Source: Eledone cirrhosa (lineage: Eukaryota). From it: a stretch of DNA of 64,000 bases. A model generated the notes under the pieces. That model made no database searches, was not told the DNA's origin, and saw only the letters and a program-made list of their open reading frames with translations. A program made the position numbers and the translations under genes. This document shows, in pieces, positions 12,644 through 26,286 of this stretch. How positions within the stretch are numbered: the stretch's first letter is position 1; every line of letters starts with the position of its first letter. The DNA is taken from NCBI GenBank assembly GCA_964016885.1, contig OZ024742.1, positions 121,582,001-121,646,000 of the forward strand, given 5' to 3'.

Positions 12644-14859
12644 TGGCGTATCTAGGGTAAACGGCGCCCAGGGCAAGCATCAAAATTGCCCCCCCCCCTC
12701 AAAAAGTCAAGATCCACAGACGAAATTGCGGTAGAATTTATAATAAAAAAACAAAAAACGGTTACAACTTGATTTTTCGGGCTTTTAATGAGGCAAACTG
12801 GTTGATAATTTCTTCGAAATCAGTTCGTTCAAACTCTTCGATTTCTACACTCAAAAGGGCGAGGTCAGTCAGCCGTTGTTGGCCCATTGAGATTCGCAAA
12901 TACGAATGTATTAGCTTCAACTTGCTGAACGACCTCTCGTAACTGGCAATTGAAATTGAAATCGTCAACATTATTTGAATGCTGATTTGCAAATTGGGAA
13001 AAACACATTCATCGCCGTATTGTATGATGAATTGGAGAAGTGCCTCCGGCTTTAAAATTGGGTCAGCTGTCCTAGTAGCCAACAAAGATCGACAGTCCAA
13101 GATTTCCTCATACAATTTCTCTCCGTCGATGTCGGAGTTGTATAGTTCCGCAAGACTGTTGCACCTTTGTTTAAGTAAACCAAATAAAACAGATAGTTGA
13201 CATCAAGAAGAAAGCCAAAACTTGAGTCGGTTTCCTTAAGTCGAATAAACCGTTCTTCCATTTCTGTTTGAAGACGATTGAGTGAACTTTGCATTGCTCT
13301 CTCTTTTCTGGCAGCCACCTCGATGTCCTCAGTAATTTCGGTATTGGTTTGTCGCCTTCCTCGCCTCCTCGGAAAATCGACATTCCATTTCTGGTAGAGG
13401 TCGAAGCCCATTTCAAGAGACTCGTGGATTAAGGATGTTACTTCTTCTTTAAAATAAAGTTGAAGGGCTCCTATATCAGCTGCAGCATCGTGAAAATTCA
13501 TTCTTGGATCTTGAAGTCTCTTTTGAACCCGGTCAATTCGTGAGAGAATCGTGTTTCAGAATCCAATCAAGTTCAGGAATTCATAACTCAGTATCCGATT
13601 ATGGAGATTACTGGCATCACTTCTACTCTCGCATGTCTCTGTTTCATCATCACTAATTTTTTCGAGAACTTGAACAATCAGCGTCAAATAATTCGCCACC
13701 GGTCTGACTGCGGTACATCTAGCACCCCACCACGTGTCGGAAGGATATTTAACAACCACTGGAGCAACTTCTTTAAGGGCTTCCCATCGTCGTGTTGAAC
13801 GAGAAAAAAAGTTGTATAACGAGTCAATGCAACTGAAAAAGTTCATCATAGCAGAATCGTTTTTGGCTGCATAAAGACCAGCCAGATTAAGTGAATGGTT
13901 ATCGCAGTTAACGAAGTGAATCACATTATTCTTCTCTCTCATTCTCTGCTGAACCCCACTGCGATGCCCAGCCATTATGGCAGCATTGTCGAAGCACTGC
14001 GATCGACAGTTCTACAGTGGTAGGTCATCTTTTTCTAGCTCTTTCGCGATTGTTTCAACAAGGCTTGCGGCATCATTTTTGATTACTTGAATGAATCCAA
14101 GAAAAGATTCCCTCACACCGACCGTCTTCATATTGAAATCAACATCGACATATCGCACAACTTTTGACAGTTGTTCTCGGTGCGCCTGGTCAGGGGTCGA
14201 ATCAACCAGCAGACCATAGTATCTTGCTTTTTGGATACGATTTAGTAAATTCTGACGAACTGTATTATAGAAGAAAACATTGAAACATCTAAACTGGAGT
14301 CAAATTGAATTCCTAATAGAAGCTATCCGATCCTATCTGGCCATTTGGATTATGATACCTTTTCTATACGTCTTATGTACCAGTTGTAAAAGACAAACTA
14401 CTCTGTTTTGTAAACCAGCTTCATAATTATAATTACCTTGTATTGGTCATTGCAATGCATTGCTAAAAATAGCGCCTACGTGTCCACCAGTTGCACGTCC
14501 AAAACTACGTCTCTTCAGTCAGTGTGGGGTGGGGACGGTTTTGTGAGGCCAAGTGAGGTATCCACTGTTTTGCAATGTATAGCTAAAGATAGCGCCCGCA
14601 TAATTGCAACCCACCCTGCTGTCAGTGTGGAGGGGGGGGGGGCATTTTTGTGAAGTCAAATCAGACATCTGCTCTGTCTAGTGCACTAGACATGGCGTGG
14701 AAGTCGGCTATCAATAAATCACATGCTTCATTTTTGGCTTATATTTTTAAAAATGATAAAAACGACATGGATGTAAATCGATCTAGGTCGAAATTGCGTC
14801 TCCCTAAATATGGCGCCCGTGGCATGTGCCCTGCTTGCCACACCCTAGCTACGCGACTG
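12641..14859 (-). mobile_element. hAT DNA transposon (Tip100/ZMYM1-like), internally deleted, both TIRs present
   Basis: Left TIR CAGTGGCGTATCTAGGGT; right end reverse-complements to CAGTCGCGTAGCTAGGGT (16/18). Both flanks are (TA)n, compatible with an 8-bp TSD. Confidence 0.9.
12762..14265 (-). pseudogene. hAT transposase, C-terminal part, broken by stops and frameshifts
   Basis: Fragments include LVDSTPD, FDNAAIMAG..SGVQQR, C-x-x-H-SLNL, and the dimerisation domain SIASYERSFSKLKLI..YLR..M.QQRL..LALLSVE. Confidence 0.9.
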
Positions 14860-15038
14860 TATATATATATATACATATAGATACATAGTTATGTATATAC
14901 ATTGGTGCATATCTCTATATATATGTGTATGAGTTTATATATTGTTTCTACTTTTGGCACAAGGCCAGCAATTATCCCAGTGCATTACTGGTACTTTATT
15001 TTATCTATCCCGTAAGGATGAAAGGATGAAAGGCAAAG

Positions 15039-15095
<57 letters not shown>

Positions 15096-15130
15096 TATGT
15101 GTATATATATATATATATAAATATATATAT

Positions 15131-15365
15131 TGTTATACTTGGAGGATCATATTGTTATAATATTGCCAGAAATAATAACAGAACACACTCCCTGTTTGGT
15201 TGGTTTTCGCTTCTGTATCTTTTATATCTCCATAGTTAATTTATTTGGCAATCAATGTTTATCATTGATTGACCAACGGTTAAAAATACAGATATAAATA
15301 TATATATATATAGTCTATTAAAGTTCTTTCGTCACGCATCTGCGACATCATCAGTTTTACTATTA
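15131..15365 (-). mobile_element. Solo pseudo-LTR of a Naiad-type PLE subfamily with a degenerate hammerhead
   Basis: Homologous to 23135-23370 (GTTATACTTGGAGG...AATATTGCCAG...AACAGAACACACTC). Minus strand has CTGATGA-T-GTCGC..GTGAC-GAAA-GAAC at ~15323-15354. Adjacent to (TA)n. Confidence 0.7.
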
Positions 15366-16233
15366 TGTTTCCTGGGGAGGAAACATAATAGTACCACTGA
15401 TGATGTACTTACGTGTGGGCATATGGATACATATGTATGACCCTAACTCTGTGCATAAGTATGCGTATACATATACATCTATATAATATAAATCTATATA
15501 AAATCAGGATACAAAAAAATCCACACAAATTCATAAGTGCATTTATATGGAAAAGCTCATTCCGCGAAGGCGCGGGGATTGCGTACGATCGTAATTTCGT
15601 CGGTTCGACTACTGAACCTGTTTGTGTGCTGTGTTCTGCTCCAGTACAATTACTTAGCTGAGAGTGAGTACCAGCAATAACTGGAGAGTTAGACCTACAA
15701 TGGATTGTCATACTGTCTTGGAAGAGTCTTTGTACTCTCAGTCGCTTATCGCCGAGTAAACCGGCGATAAGCACCGATCTGATGAGCCTTCGCTTTAAAA
15801 CAGACTTTAATGTGTATTCCTTATAAACAAAAATATGAGGAATCGATGAATAGTTTGATATCACATAGTTACAAACATTCGCTAACTGGTAATCAATCAT
15901 GTTCAGAAGCGATGGAATGTTTACTGTCTTCTTCACGCAAATGTGGTTTAGGCAGAATTACTCGCGTGATTATAAAGAAAAGTGTAACGACATCTGTGGT
16001 TGATTCACATTTCCCGGGAAGTGAATCTTTTACCCCAGGAGACTACACCCCCCCCCCCCCCACACACACATACACACACACCGCATCTCATAGTTATTTT
16101 TAAAGGGTTTCTAGCAGGATTTACTCTAAATAAATGGAAAAAAGGATAGTAATGGCCCTTGCTCTGATATGTGTTTTTATTTCAATCACAGTATATTCGG
16201 TGTCGTATGTACCGCAGGTATATGTATCTATCT

Positions 16234-18480
16234 AATTAGACAGAATGATAAGGAAACATTAAGCTGTCCACAAATGCACATGGTTGCCTATTCAGAACAC
16301 AAATTAGTCACCTGCGTATTCAACCTTGATAGAACATAGACAGGGACCCGGATACTGGAAGCTAAACATGTCGCTTCCGGCGCGTAAGAGCTACAGTAAA
16401 CGGATTAGCACCTTAGTTAAGTGCCAGTTGACGAAGCGATAGTCAACAACAGATGGTGGAGCTCTCTCAAGAGAGCAATTAGAATAGAATCGATAACATT
16501 TAGCAAGGAAGTAGTTTTAGAAAAAAACAAAACCGAAAAGGAACTGGTAGAAGAGGTAGTTAGGAATGGCAGTACAGCTGACGTGCTAGCGGCGAGAACG
16601 GCACTAGACCAGTTCTTCAACGTGAAATACGAAGGTAGTATTGTCAGAAGTAGAAGACGTGCTCTAAGAAACAAGGTAGCCAAAGCTGTTAGCTGGGCCC
16701 GAGTGGCAGAGGCGAAAAGTGGCAACAAATCCACGATTCAGTCTTTGTAAGACAAAGATGGACGCATTCTATTTGAATCCAAGCAGATGTGCACGGTCTT
16801 CCAGCAGCATGTTGCACAACTGTTCGGGCAAGGCGGTACGTCGAGGGAGGTGATGAACTTCAGCTCCTATCTCGACGGCGTACCACGACTCTTGAGCAGA
16901 GATGCAGAGAGTTGCGAAAGGCCGATAACAGCGGGCGAAATAGAAGATGCCCTAGGCCGCTGCGGGAAATACAAATCACCCGGTTTCGATGGTCTACCCT
17001 ATGAGTTTTAGATAGGCATGCCAGACTGTTCTCTGGCGTCCTCGAAGCGGTCTACTGCAACTGGCAGCAGAACGGGATGATTCCCAGTTTTGTAGGCAGA
17101 GGCGTAGTAACGCTGATCAGGAAAGATGAGATAAGCAATTTCAGGCCCATAACTCTGCTCAACACAGAGTTAAAGATTTTGGCCAAGGTGTTAGCAGTGA
17201 GGCTGGCGCTTGTCGTCGAGAACCTGATATTCCCCCGCGAATACCTTACCAAAATGGAACGCCTACTCTTCAAGTTCCTCTGGAAGAAACAGGCTCCATT
17301 GGTGAAGAGGTCCATCTACTGTCAACACCCTTCTAACGGAGAGCTGGGCATGCCGTGGCTGATGATGCGCAAACACACGCTGAGACTACGCCATCTCCAG
17401 GTATTCCTGACCAGTGAACCGGTGTGGCTGTCGTTTGTGAGACAAGCTCTTCCACAACTCGTCTCACTAACAGAGCTGCAGTCCTGGGTCAAGCGAAGAC
17501 CGAAAATGGGTGCCTGGCACCTCGAGTGCCTACAGGCGCTCACAACCATCTACCAAGCGGAAACGGCAATCAGCGGAGATCTACTTCGACATTCTATAGG
17601 GGATTAGTGGAGGATAAGTGCGACGACGTTCTCGGGGAAACTCTAGGCATCGAGGAAGACGAAGTGACCAGTCTGTTCGGGAGGACTTTCCGCCCAGGGC
17701 CTATGGATAACTTTCAGAGGTCTCTGGCCTGGCAGTGCTACCGAGGAGCTCTACCAGTTCGAGACAAAATCTACAGGCACGAACGCCTTGGCAGAGATCC
17801 TGCCAAAAGGACTTGTCCAAGATGCGAGCAGGACATCGAAACCGTTCTGCACGCAATTGTTCAGTGCCTAGAGGTGACCGACCTGTGGAAGTGTGTCGAA
17901 CAGCTATTGTCACTTGTGGGACACATCCAGTTGTCAGCCGTGTCCATCGTGAGGATCACCCCGCCGCCTTCATTTAAGAACGAGGGAGAGGCGGTTTTCC
18001 TCTGTCTGGTGGCTATGGCGAAAGAGGTAATATGGTGGACGAGGCTAAAAGGACTGAGAGCAAACACCTTTCTCTCCGGACAACAACTTATCCCCTTCTT
18101 TAAGTATCACTTCAGAAGGAAGGTGAGAGTGGAGAGAGAGGTGCTACATCCCAGTAAATTCGCTGAAAGGTGGGTGAATGTGGCGAAAATGGCCCGAGTG
18201 AATGGGCCTTCTCTGTATATAAACCTGTAGATTGAGGAAGATAAACAGAGGGAAGACAGGAACACCTACAAAACGTGTTCCTAATGTTGAGGTTTGTTCT
18301 ATCCACGGGGTCTAAAACAACCTTGCAGTAACGTTCCCCCTATTGGGGATTTCAATTATTATTTTATTATATATAGTTTATTGTTATTTATTAATGTTAA
18401 AGTTATTTTTATGTAAAACCCCCGCGGTCACGTCTTGTAATGTCCCATTTTTGTACGCCCCTGTGGCAAATAAAGAAAGA
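16234..18480 (+). mobile_element. Tx1/L1-clade LINE copy A, 5'-truncated, with most of the RT deleted
   Basis: Homologous to copy B. Jumps from LALVVENL to IFPREYLTKMER at ~17226. Retains C-terminal CPRC...H..C. Ends AATAAAGAAAGA followed by (TATC)n. Confidence 0.9.
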
Positions 18481-18496
18481 TATCTATCTATCTATA

Positions 18497-18535
<39 letters not shown>

Positions 18536-18550
18536 ATTATATATATATTA

Positions 18551-21500
18551 GTGTCCCTATACAAACTTATAGGTCCCTAAAAGAAACATTTGAAAAGGAT
18601 GTGGGGAATTCCTGCGTGAAACCACTTAACAGCTTCCTTCTCAAATGTCTCCCCACCCAAGATACCCCCATCCCACCAGACCCCACCCCACCAAACATCT
18701 CCGTCCCCACCCCGCCGGAAACCACCACCCACCCAGACAACCCCTCCAACACCCCCATGGAAATCGTGCAGCCTGGTCCCCAGGAGACGAAGGGTGAGTG
18801 ATCTCTTTTCCTCTTAACTTTTCAGCACCAACATGGCCAATATAAGAGTTGGATGAGTGAACGTATGCGGCCTGGGGATGCCCTGGAAACAGGGCAAACT
18901 CTTAAACGACCCCAGGTCGCACAGTATGGATGTGGTAGCCATTTGCGAGTCCAGGATCCACAGCGAGCGACAGCTGGCCCCCATCTTCGATGACTTTGAC
19001 ATCTACGCATCTCTCTGTGAACCGGGGGGTGGGGGCGGAGTTGCCGTTTTGCTGCGGAAACACCTGGGCCTCGTAACACAGACGGTACATCTGGACCCGG
19101 AGGGTCGACTGGTGGTCCTAGACGTTGACGGTAGTGAAGGTGGAGCCTTCAGGCTAGTGGCCGCATATGCCCCATCCGGGACACCGCGGCCAGACTTCTT
19201 CAAACGTCTAGAGACTTTTCTGGGAACGTTCCGCTCCTTGCTTTTAGTGGGGGACTGGAATGGAATCCTAGATGCACGTTGGGACTATGTGGGAGCATGT
19301 CCCGATAAACGGGGGTGTAACAGCCTCAAACAGTTAATCGACCGATTTGACCTGGCCGATAGATATCGACTAGATTTTCCGACTGTGCCACTGTGGACGT
19401 GGACTAATCTTCGCGGAACATCTAGATCGTACCTAGATAAGGTTCTAGTTAGAAATAAGGATAGGGACATGTTAAGCTGTCCACAAATGTTCATGGTTGC
19501 CTATTCAGATCACAAACTAGTGACCTGCATGGCCAACCTTGATAGAACCCATAGACAAGGACCCGGCTACTGGAAGCTGAACTTGTCGTTACCGACAAGC
19601 AAAACCTACAGTAGACGGATTAGCACTTTAGTTAAACAGCACTTGACAGGGGCCATTGTCAACAACAGATGGTGGTACTCTCTCAAGAGGGCAGTTAGAT
19701 TAGACTCGTTAGTTTTTCGTAAAGAATTAGCGTTAGATAGAAATAGAACCGAGAAGGAACTGGTAGATAAAGTAGAAGAGGCAATTAGAAGTTGCAACGT
19801 AGCCAGCGTGCTAGCAACGAGAACGGCCTTGGACCAGTTCTTCGACGCAAAGCACGAGGGCTGCGTTGTCAGAAGCAAAATACGTGCTCTGGGAAACGAG
19901 GGAACCAAAGCTGTTAGCTGGGCCCGAGTGACAGAGGCAAAAAGTGGCAACAAGTCCACGATTCGGTCTGTGAAGGACCAAAACGGACGCGTGATACGTG
20001 AGCCGAAGCAGATGTGTGCGGCCTTTCAGCAGCACTTTTCTCAACTGTTCGGGTGGGGCGGCGCGCCGAGAGGGGCTATGGATTTCGGTCCATACCTCGA
20101 CGGCCTATCGCGACTCTTGGACAGCGAGGCAAAGTTCTGCGAAAAGCCGATTTCAGCCGCTGAGATAGGGGACGCGCTGAGCCAATGCGGCAAACGCAAA
20201 TCTCCAGGTCTCGACGGTCTACCCTACGAATTTTACGTAGCAATGCCGGACTTATTATCCGGTCTCCTGGAAGCGATCTACTGCAACTGGCAACAGAATG
20301 GGAGAATTCCCAGTTCTGTAACCGGGGACGTAGTCACACAAGTCAGGAAGGACGAGAATAAGGGGGATGACATAGGCAACTTTCGGCCCATAACTCTGCT
20401 AAACACAGAGTTACAGATTTTGGCCAAGGTGTTGGCAAAGAGGCTGGCGCTTGTCGTCGAGAACCTGGTGGGAGAAACCCAGACATGTGCAATCCCGACC
20501 AGGTCCATACACGACAACCTCCACCTCATGCGATACATCATAGAGAGGGTAGGGTGTAAACCCGTCTTTGGTGGGGCCCTGATCAACTTGGATCAGTCTA
20601 AGGCTTTCGATATGGTTGACCATCGTTACCTGGATGCGGTGCTCAAGGTCAAGGTGAACGGCTACCTCTCGGAGCCGTTCCATATTACGCAATCCATTCG
20701 ACAGGGATTCCCTCTCTCCTCCCTTCTGTACGTACTGACTCTCGAGCCACTACTGCGGAAGTTGGAGCTATTGCAGGGCATCCCTCTGGAACCGGGACTG
20801 CCTACGCCGACGACGTGACAGTAATGGTGTCGAGCACCTTGCAAATCGAGGAAGTCGGCACCTTACTAAAGGAATACGAAAGTTTCACAGGAGCGAAGCT
20901 GAACCGGGACAAGTCCATCGGTTTGCAACTCGGATGGTGGAGAGGCAAACCGATGCCTTCCAATGGCGTCGTCGGACGCTGGACGGAAGGACCGGTAAAG
21001 CTGCTCGGGGTCTGGTTTGGTCCGGACCTCCAGGTGGAGAAGAACTGGAACGAAGTGACGGCCAAGGTGTTTGCACTCACCCAGAAGTGGGCCGAGTGCA
21101 AACTATCCTTGAAAGGTCGAGCGGAGGTGGCGAATACTTTTATAGCGTCCGCCATCTACTACCGCTTGATCGTCGTGCCTTGTCCAGCCAAAACGCTAGC
21201 CAAAATGGAGCGCGCGCTATTCCAATTCCTTTGGAAGAGGCGAACTCCTTTGGTGAGAAGATCCATCTGCTGCCAACAACCTTCTAACAGAGGGCTGGGG
21301 ATGCCGTGGTTGACGATGCGCAAACAAGCGCTCAGGCTGCGGCATCTCTACGTATTCCTCACCGGACAACCGGTGTGGGCCCCGTTCGTGAGGCGAGCCT
21401 TCCCCCGACTCGTTTCGCTGACCGAGCTGCAGTCCTGGGTCAAGCAAAGACCGAGGAAAATGGGCGACTGGCACATCGAATTGGCTCAGGTGCTCACAGC

Positions 21501-22396
21501 CCTCTGGCAGGCGGACCCGGCGATCAGTGGAGACTCCACTTCGTCATTCTATAGAGGGTTGATCCGCAGCAAGTGCGACGATGCGCTCGGCGAAACTCTA
21601 GGCGTAGAGGAAGATGAACTGGCCAGTCTGTTCGGTAGGACCTTCCGCCCGGGACCGATGGACATCTTCCAAAATTCCCTGGCCTGGCAGTGCTACCGAG
21701 GAGCTCTACCAGTTCGAGACAAGCTCTACAGAAATGGGCGCCCGGGAAGGGACCCTGCAAAAAAGATCTGTCGGAGGTGCGTGCGTAACGAAGAAACCGT
21801 CGTCATTGACCTGTGGGGCTATGTAGAACGACTATTGTCGCGGGTGGGACCAATCCGGTTGACCACCGAGTTCCTTGTCATGATCAAACCGCCACCCTCC
21901 TTCAAAAACGAAGGAGAGGCGGTTTTCCTTTGTGTGACAGCTATGGCGAAAGAGGTTGTATGGTGGACAAGGTTGAAAGGGCTGAGGTAAGACACCTTTC
22001 TCTCCGACCAACAATTGATTCTTTTTTTCAAATACCACTTTGGAAGAAGAATCAGGATGGAGAGAGAGGTGCTGTACCCCAGCAAGTTTTATGAAAGGTG
22101 GGTGAAAGTGGCGAGAATGGCCCGAGTGAATGGGCCTTCTCTCTATATCAGCCTGTAGGTTGAGGAAAAGGAGGAGGAAAGGAAAGGAGTTCAAACTCTT
22201 CGTACTCCTGGAGTTGAGGGTTGCACATTTTTTCGGGGGTATGTGTTACCCATATGAACTGTCTCCCCCTATTGGGGAAAATCGACTAATTTTTTAAATT
22301 GCATTTGTGATAACATTTTACACGTTTTTATTGTATGTAAACTTCCCCCTTCGTAATTGTCCTCTTCTTTTGTGCCTCTGTGGCTAATAAAGAAAC
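18551..22396 (+). mobile_element. Tx1/L1-clade LINE copy B: ORF1 3' end, ORF2 and 3' UTR
   Basis: Pro-rich ORF1 tail to 18801, short spacer, then ORF2. Ends GTGGCTAATAAAGAAAC. Confidence 0.92.
18833..22158 (+). pseudogene. LINE ORF2 (APE endonuclease + reverse transcriptase + C-terminal zinc finger), disrupted
   Basis: APE motifs (N.CGL, CES, GDWN, SYLD, SDH) and RT motifs (KSPGLDGLP.EFY, FRPITLLN, LDQSKAFD, RQG.PLS). YADD lies across a frameshift at ~20800. Premature TGA at 18854 and further breaks near 21990. Confidence 0.92.
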
Positions 22397-22420
22397 ATAT
22401 CTATATTATATATATACATA

Positions 22421-23069
22421 CTAGATGGCCCATCCGGTTGGCCGCCGGCTAGGTATACCGGCATTTTATCTTTTCAGGAATCCCCCCAGCCACACCAGTG
22501 CAAAGATACCTCACGCCCTCTCAAGTCAGCGAGGGTGGGGTGTGGGTGTGGTTAACGTGCTCTGATGTTGGGTTTTTGAATAGTTTTTAGGATTCCCCAG
22601 TTCAGCAGCCAGTACGTTAAAGAAAATTGATAGTTACAACAATAAAGGCTGAACAGAGAACATATTTTTAAACAAACTTTACAATAATTTGTACAACCAT
22701 AATCAAAATTCCAAGTAACAGAAAATACATGAATTACATTGTTAGAGCCACAGAGTATACAATATTTTTTTGTTCGGCCCTCTGCCCTAGAGCATCCTAC
22801 ATACAATTGACCATGGGAGATGCATGGTTTTCCCAGATGAAGGCCAGCCACTTTTAGGGTTTGACCCTGAGCTTTGTTGATGGTAATCGCGAAGCTTAGT
22901 CTCTCTGTTGCTCTAGTAACATTTTTTCTTCTGGAAAATCTGATCTTGCGGCCAGGCTGGGACTTTTTGGGTGGCATATCGGCAGTAACAATGACGATTA
23001 GCCGTCTGCGCTTTCGTGAAATAAATATGTTTGTTTATATTTTGCTTTTGTGCATGCAAAAATATCTGT

Positions 23070-23075
<6 letters not shown>
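22421..23075 (-). mobile_element. Helitron 3' part with Pif1-type helicase C-terminal fragment
   Basis: FAITINKAQGQTLKVAGLHL..PC.SHGQLYVGCSR matches Pif1 helicase motifs V/VI. The minus strand ends in a GC-rich stretch followed by CTAG|T. Confidence 0.8.
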
Positions 23076-23134
<59 letters not shown>

Positions 23135-23606
23135 GTTATACTTGGGGAGGGTCATATTTGTGTAATATTGCCAGAATTAATAACAGAACACACTCACTGT
23201 TTGGTTGGTTTTCGCTTCTCGCTGTCTTTTATATCGGTAATCTAACTTACTCGGTCCTCAATGTTGCCATTGACTGACCGACGGTCAAAAATAATACAGA
23301 TACAATATAGACACAAACACATATATATAGTTTATCATAAATCTTTCGTTGCACATCGTCAGTGGTGTTATATATTTTTTTTTCCTCCTGTTGTGTTGTA
23401 TGTCTACGCCGTTCTTATTCAGTCTGTCTATATATTTATTTATTTATTTGCTTGTTTGTTTATTTTATTTTGTCTTCTTTGCGCATGCGTTTGCGTGTGT
23501 CTATAGTGTTGTTTGCTGTGTGATGGGTAACTAGTGTGTGTTTATGTGCTTGTTGTTATTGTGCTTGTGTATGTATTTATTTATTTATCTTATTTTATTT
23601 ACTTAT

Positions 23607-26040
23607 TTATACTTCTCTTAGGTCAGTGTTGTTTGTTTGGGTGTTGTTGTTATTCCATTCATTCTTTCTGTTTAGCCTTGGTCTTCTAATTTCTATTTCA
23701 CTGGCCTCTCTGATTTGCCTATCTGCTGGGTCATTTCTATGTTTAGATATTATTCTAATTTCTATGTTGTCTATGTTACCGTCATGTTGTTGTCTAGCAT
23801 GTTCGTATAGTACTGACCCATTTTGTCGTCCTTTTAGTTCCCCCCAGTGTTGGTCTATCCTTTCACCTATGCTACGAGCTGTCTCACCTATGTATGTTGT
23901 TGTCATGTTTCTGCAAGTACCCTCTGTACATCTTATGCTATACACTACGTTTCTAGTTTTACAGTTTATCCGGGGGTTCACCTTACATATGATACATTTC
24001 CTATTGGTACAGTGGGTTTTCTTAAAAGGGTAGGTTTTGCTGATCAGGGATTTTATGGTTGTTCCTGGCTTTTCTACCACCTTTATTTTTAAGTGGGTCT
24101 TTCTCAGGGCCTTTCTACACTGGTTAGCTAATTTCCCTCCAGGGGTGGCGTCCACAAACATGACACTCTGGTATCTCTGGTTGTCGTACCATGAGGTGGC
24201 TTTCCCTATCTTATGTCTAGCCCTATCTAAGCTATTCCATGATTTGCTCCTGTATAATGGGCAAATTCCTTTCGTGTCCAGTTATATGAGGGTCTTATAC
24301 TTTTCCATGGCTCCTTCGTATACTCTGACTCTGTCTCTTTGGTTGTAGCCAGAGAACTGCATGCGGTTGATGAAGTGTTGGATGTGTCTTTCCATTTCTG
24401 TTGGGTCGCACTAACGGGACACATTCTTCATCACTCGTACCAAATCTGCGATCAGAATATTAAACTTAGCACTACTGGACTTTGCTGAGTGTTTGAGTAT
24501 CAGGTATTTGGAGGCCTTGGGTTTAGCATAGTGTGAGTGGAGAATTTGGGCTCTCTCGTCTATAGTGTTAATCCAGAGTTCTGTGTCTAATACAGGTAGT
24601 CTATTGTTAGGGTGTTTGGAAGGGAAGTCGATAGTTACAGTTATACTCTGGTGTATGGAATTAGCTATCTGCTGGATGCTTTCCATCGTGCTACGTTCTA
24701 AATCAAACTTGTTAGTGCTCTCTAGTGGGGGTGTTCTTATAACTATATTGATATCGTCTACATAACGAGAGTACATGATGAGGTCTATGGAGCTTTCATT
24801 AAGGAGATCTTTAAGTCTCCTTTCCCACCATACCATGAAAAGGTTGGCAACATCACCAGCTATGCTGACGCCGATGGCTGCTCCCTCATTTTGGGTGTAG
24901 ATTTTCTCGTTGAACTTAAATATGTGGCCCTTTAGGGTAGTTTTGATACTAGCCCTATTGCATGTGCGACCATTTTTCTTACCTGATCATTGTTTTGGGG
25001 GGTCCGTATAGCTTTGGTCCACCCAATCCACCTTCCCATGGGAGTCCTTTTTGCCATTGAGGTTATGGTGGGGGGTTTACCTCTTATAGGTCTACTAGGG
25101 CAGAAACATCTAAGGTCATGGCTGTCTAGGTAGTCAGTGTCGTAGGTAAGTCTAAGTAGGAGGTCCAGTTCGTCTGTGTCGACGTCGCAGAACTCCACCT
25201 CACTCTCAATGATCATCTCCACACATCTTTTCACAGCAAAATCAATGTTAATGGATGGGTACAGTGACACCACATCCATGCTGCCTATTATGCAGTTGGA
25301 TAGGCTCCCGTTTTTGTTGCACTCACTGATTCTGCTGAGGAGGTCCTCTGTACTGTCACATACATCTGGGGACATCTTGATTATGGGGCGTATAACCATT
25401 GAGAGGAAGTAGGAGATCCTGTAGTTGCTAGCTATATTACTCCGAATACGGGTCTTGTTGGTGGTCCTGTTGTCGGGTCGTCGACTGTCTTGTGGTCTTT
25501 GCGGAGCCCATACAAGTGTCGTATGCCATTGTTAGACGCCTGGAAGTTGTTGGCAGTGCGTCTGCTTGGCTTTAGGATGTCAGTCCACATCATCATGTGA
25601 GCGTTGAGGATTTTTTCTCTCCCATCGTGTGTTTGTTGTGCAATTTCGCTCGTGTTGGTGATGTGTGGTTGCATAGCCTCGATGTAGTTCGGCATGCTAT
25701 CTATTGACATCCTACCAGACTTATCTGTGGGTAGACACACTACCTCACCATCCCTTGTGCGCTGTTTGAGGCTAACCAAGCCTTCTACAGGTTTCCTCCC
25801 AAGTTGTTGGGCCTCTGGTCTGCTCTGTCTCTTAGTATACCTGTCTACTATTTGTCTAATCTTATTTCTAGCTATGGTGAACTGTGCCTCTGTCTCGTCA
25901 TCTATTTGTTGTGGTATGCAAACTCTTTTATTAAAGGGTAACCTCATAGGATAGACATTACCCATCTTATATGTTTTGTCAGCTGGGTTGAAAAATAGTT
26001 TCTCTAAGGGGTTGTCATTATATCTATCGCCATAGTTGTG
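23607..26040 (-). pseudogene. Inverted copy of the PLE RT and GIY-YIG region
   Basis: Minus-strand ORFs 25432-25965, 24932-25399, 24411-24836 and 23607-24161 are nearly identical to the plus-strand ORFs 27581-29940. Confidence 0.92.
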
Positions 26041-26286
26041 TGTGTTGCTATTATTGTTATCAGGGTGGTTGTTGTTGTTTCTATCATTAGCATTATTATT
26101 ATTGTTATGATTGTTAGATGTATTGTTTTTTACTTCACCGTTATTGTTGTTGTTGTTACTGTTATTTCTACCATTGTGGTTGTTACTTTTATAATTTTAG
26201 ATTACCGATATAAAAGACAGCGAGAAGCGAAAACCAAACAAACAGTGAGTGTGTTCTGTTATTAATTCTGGCAATATTACACAAAT

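Noticed and set aside
12762-13975. Domesticated ZMYM1-like host gene
   Set aside because: It has multiple stops and frameshifts and lies between TIRs.
22552-22977. Host PIF1 helicase gene
   Set aside because: Only motifs V-VI are present, with no splice context and with a Helitron-type 3' terminus downstream.
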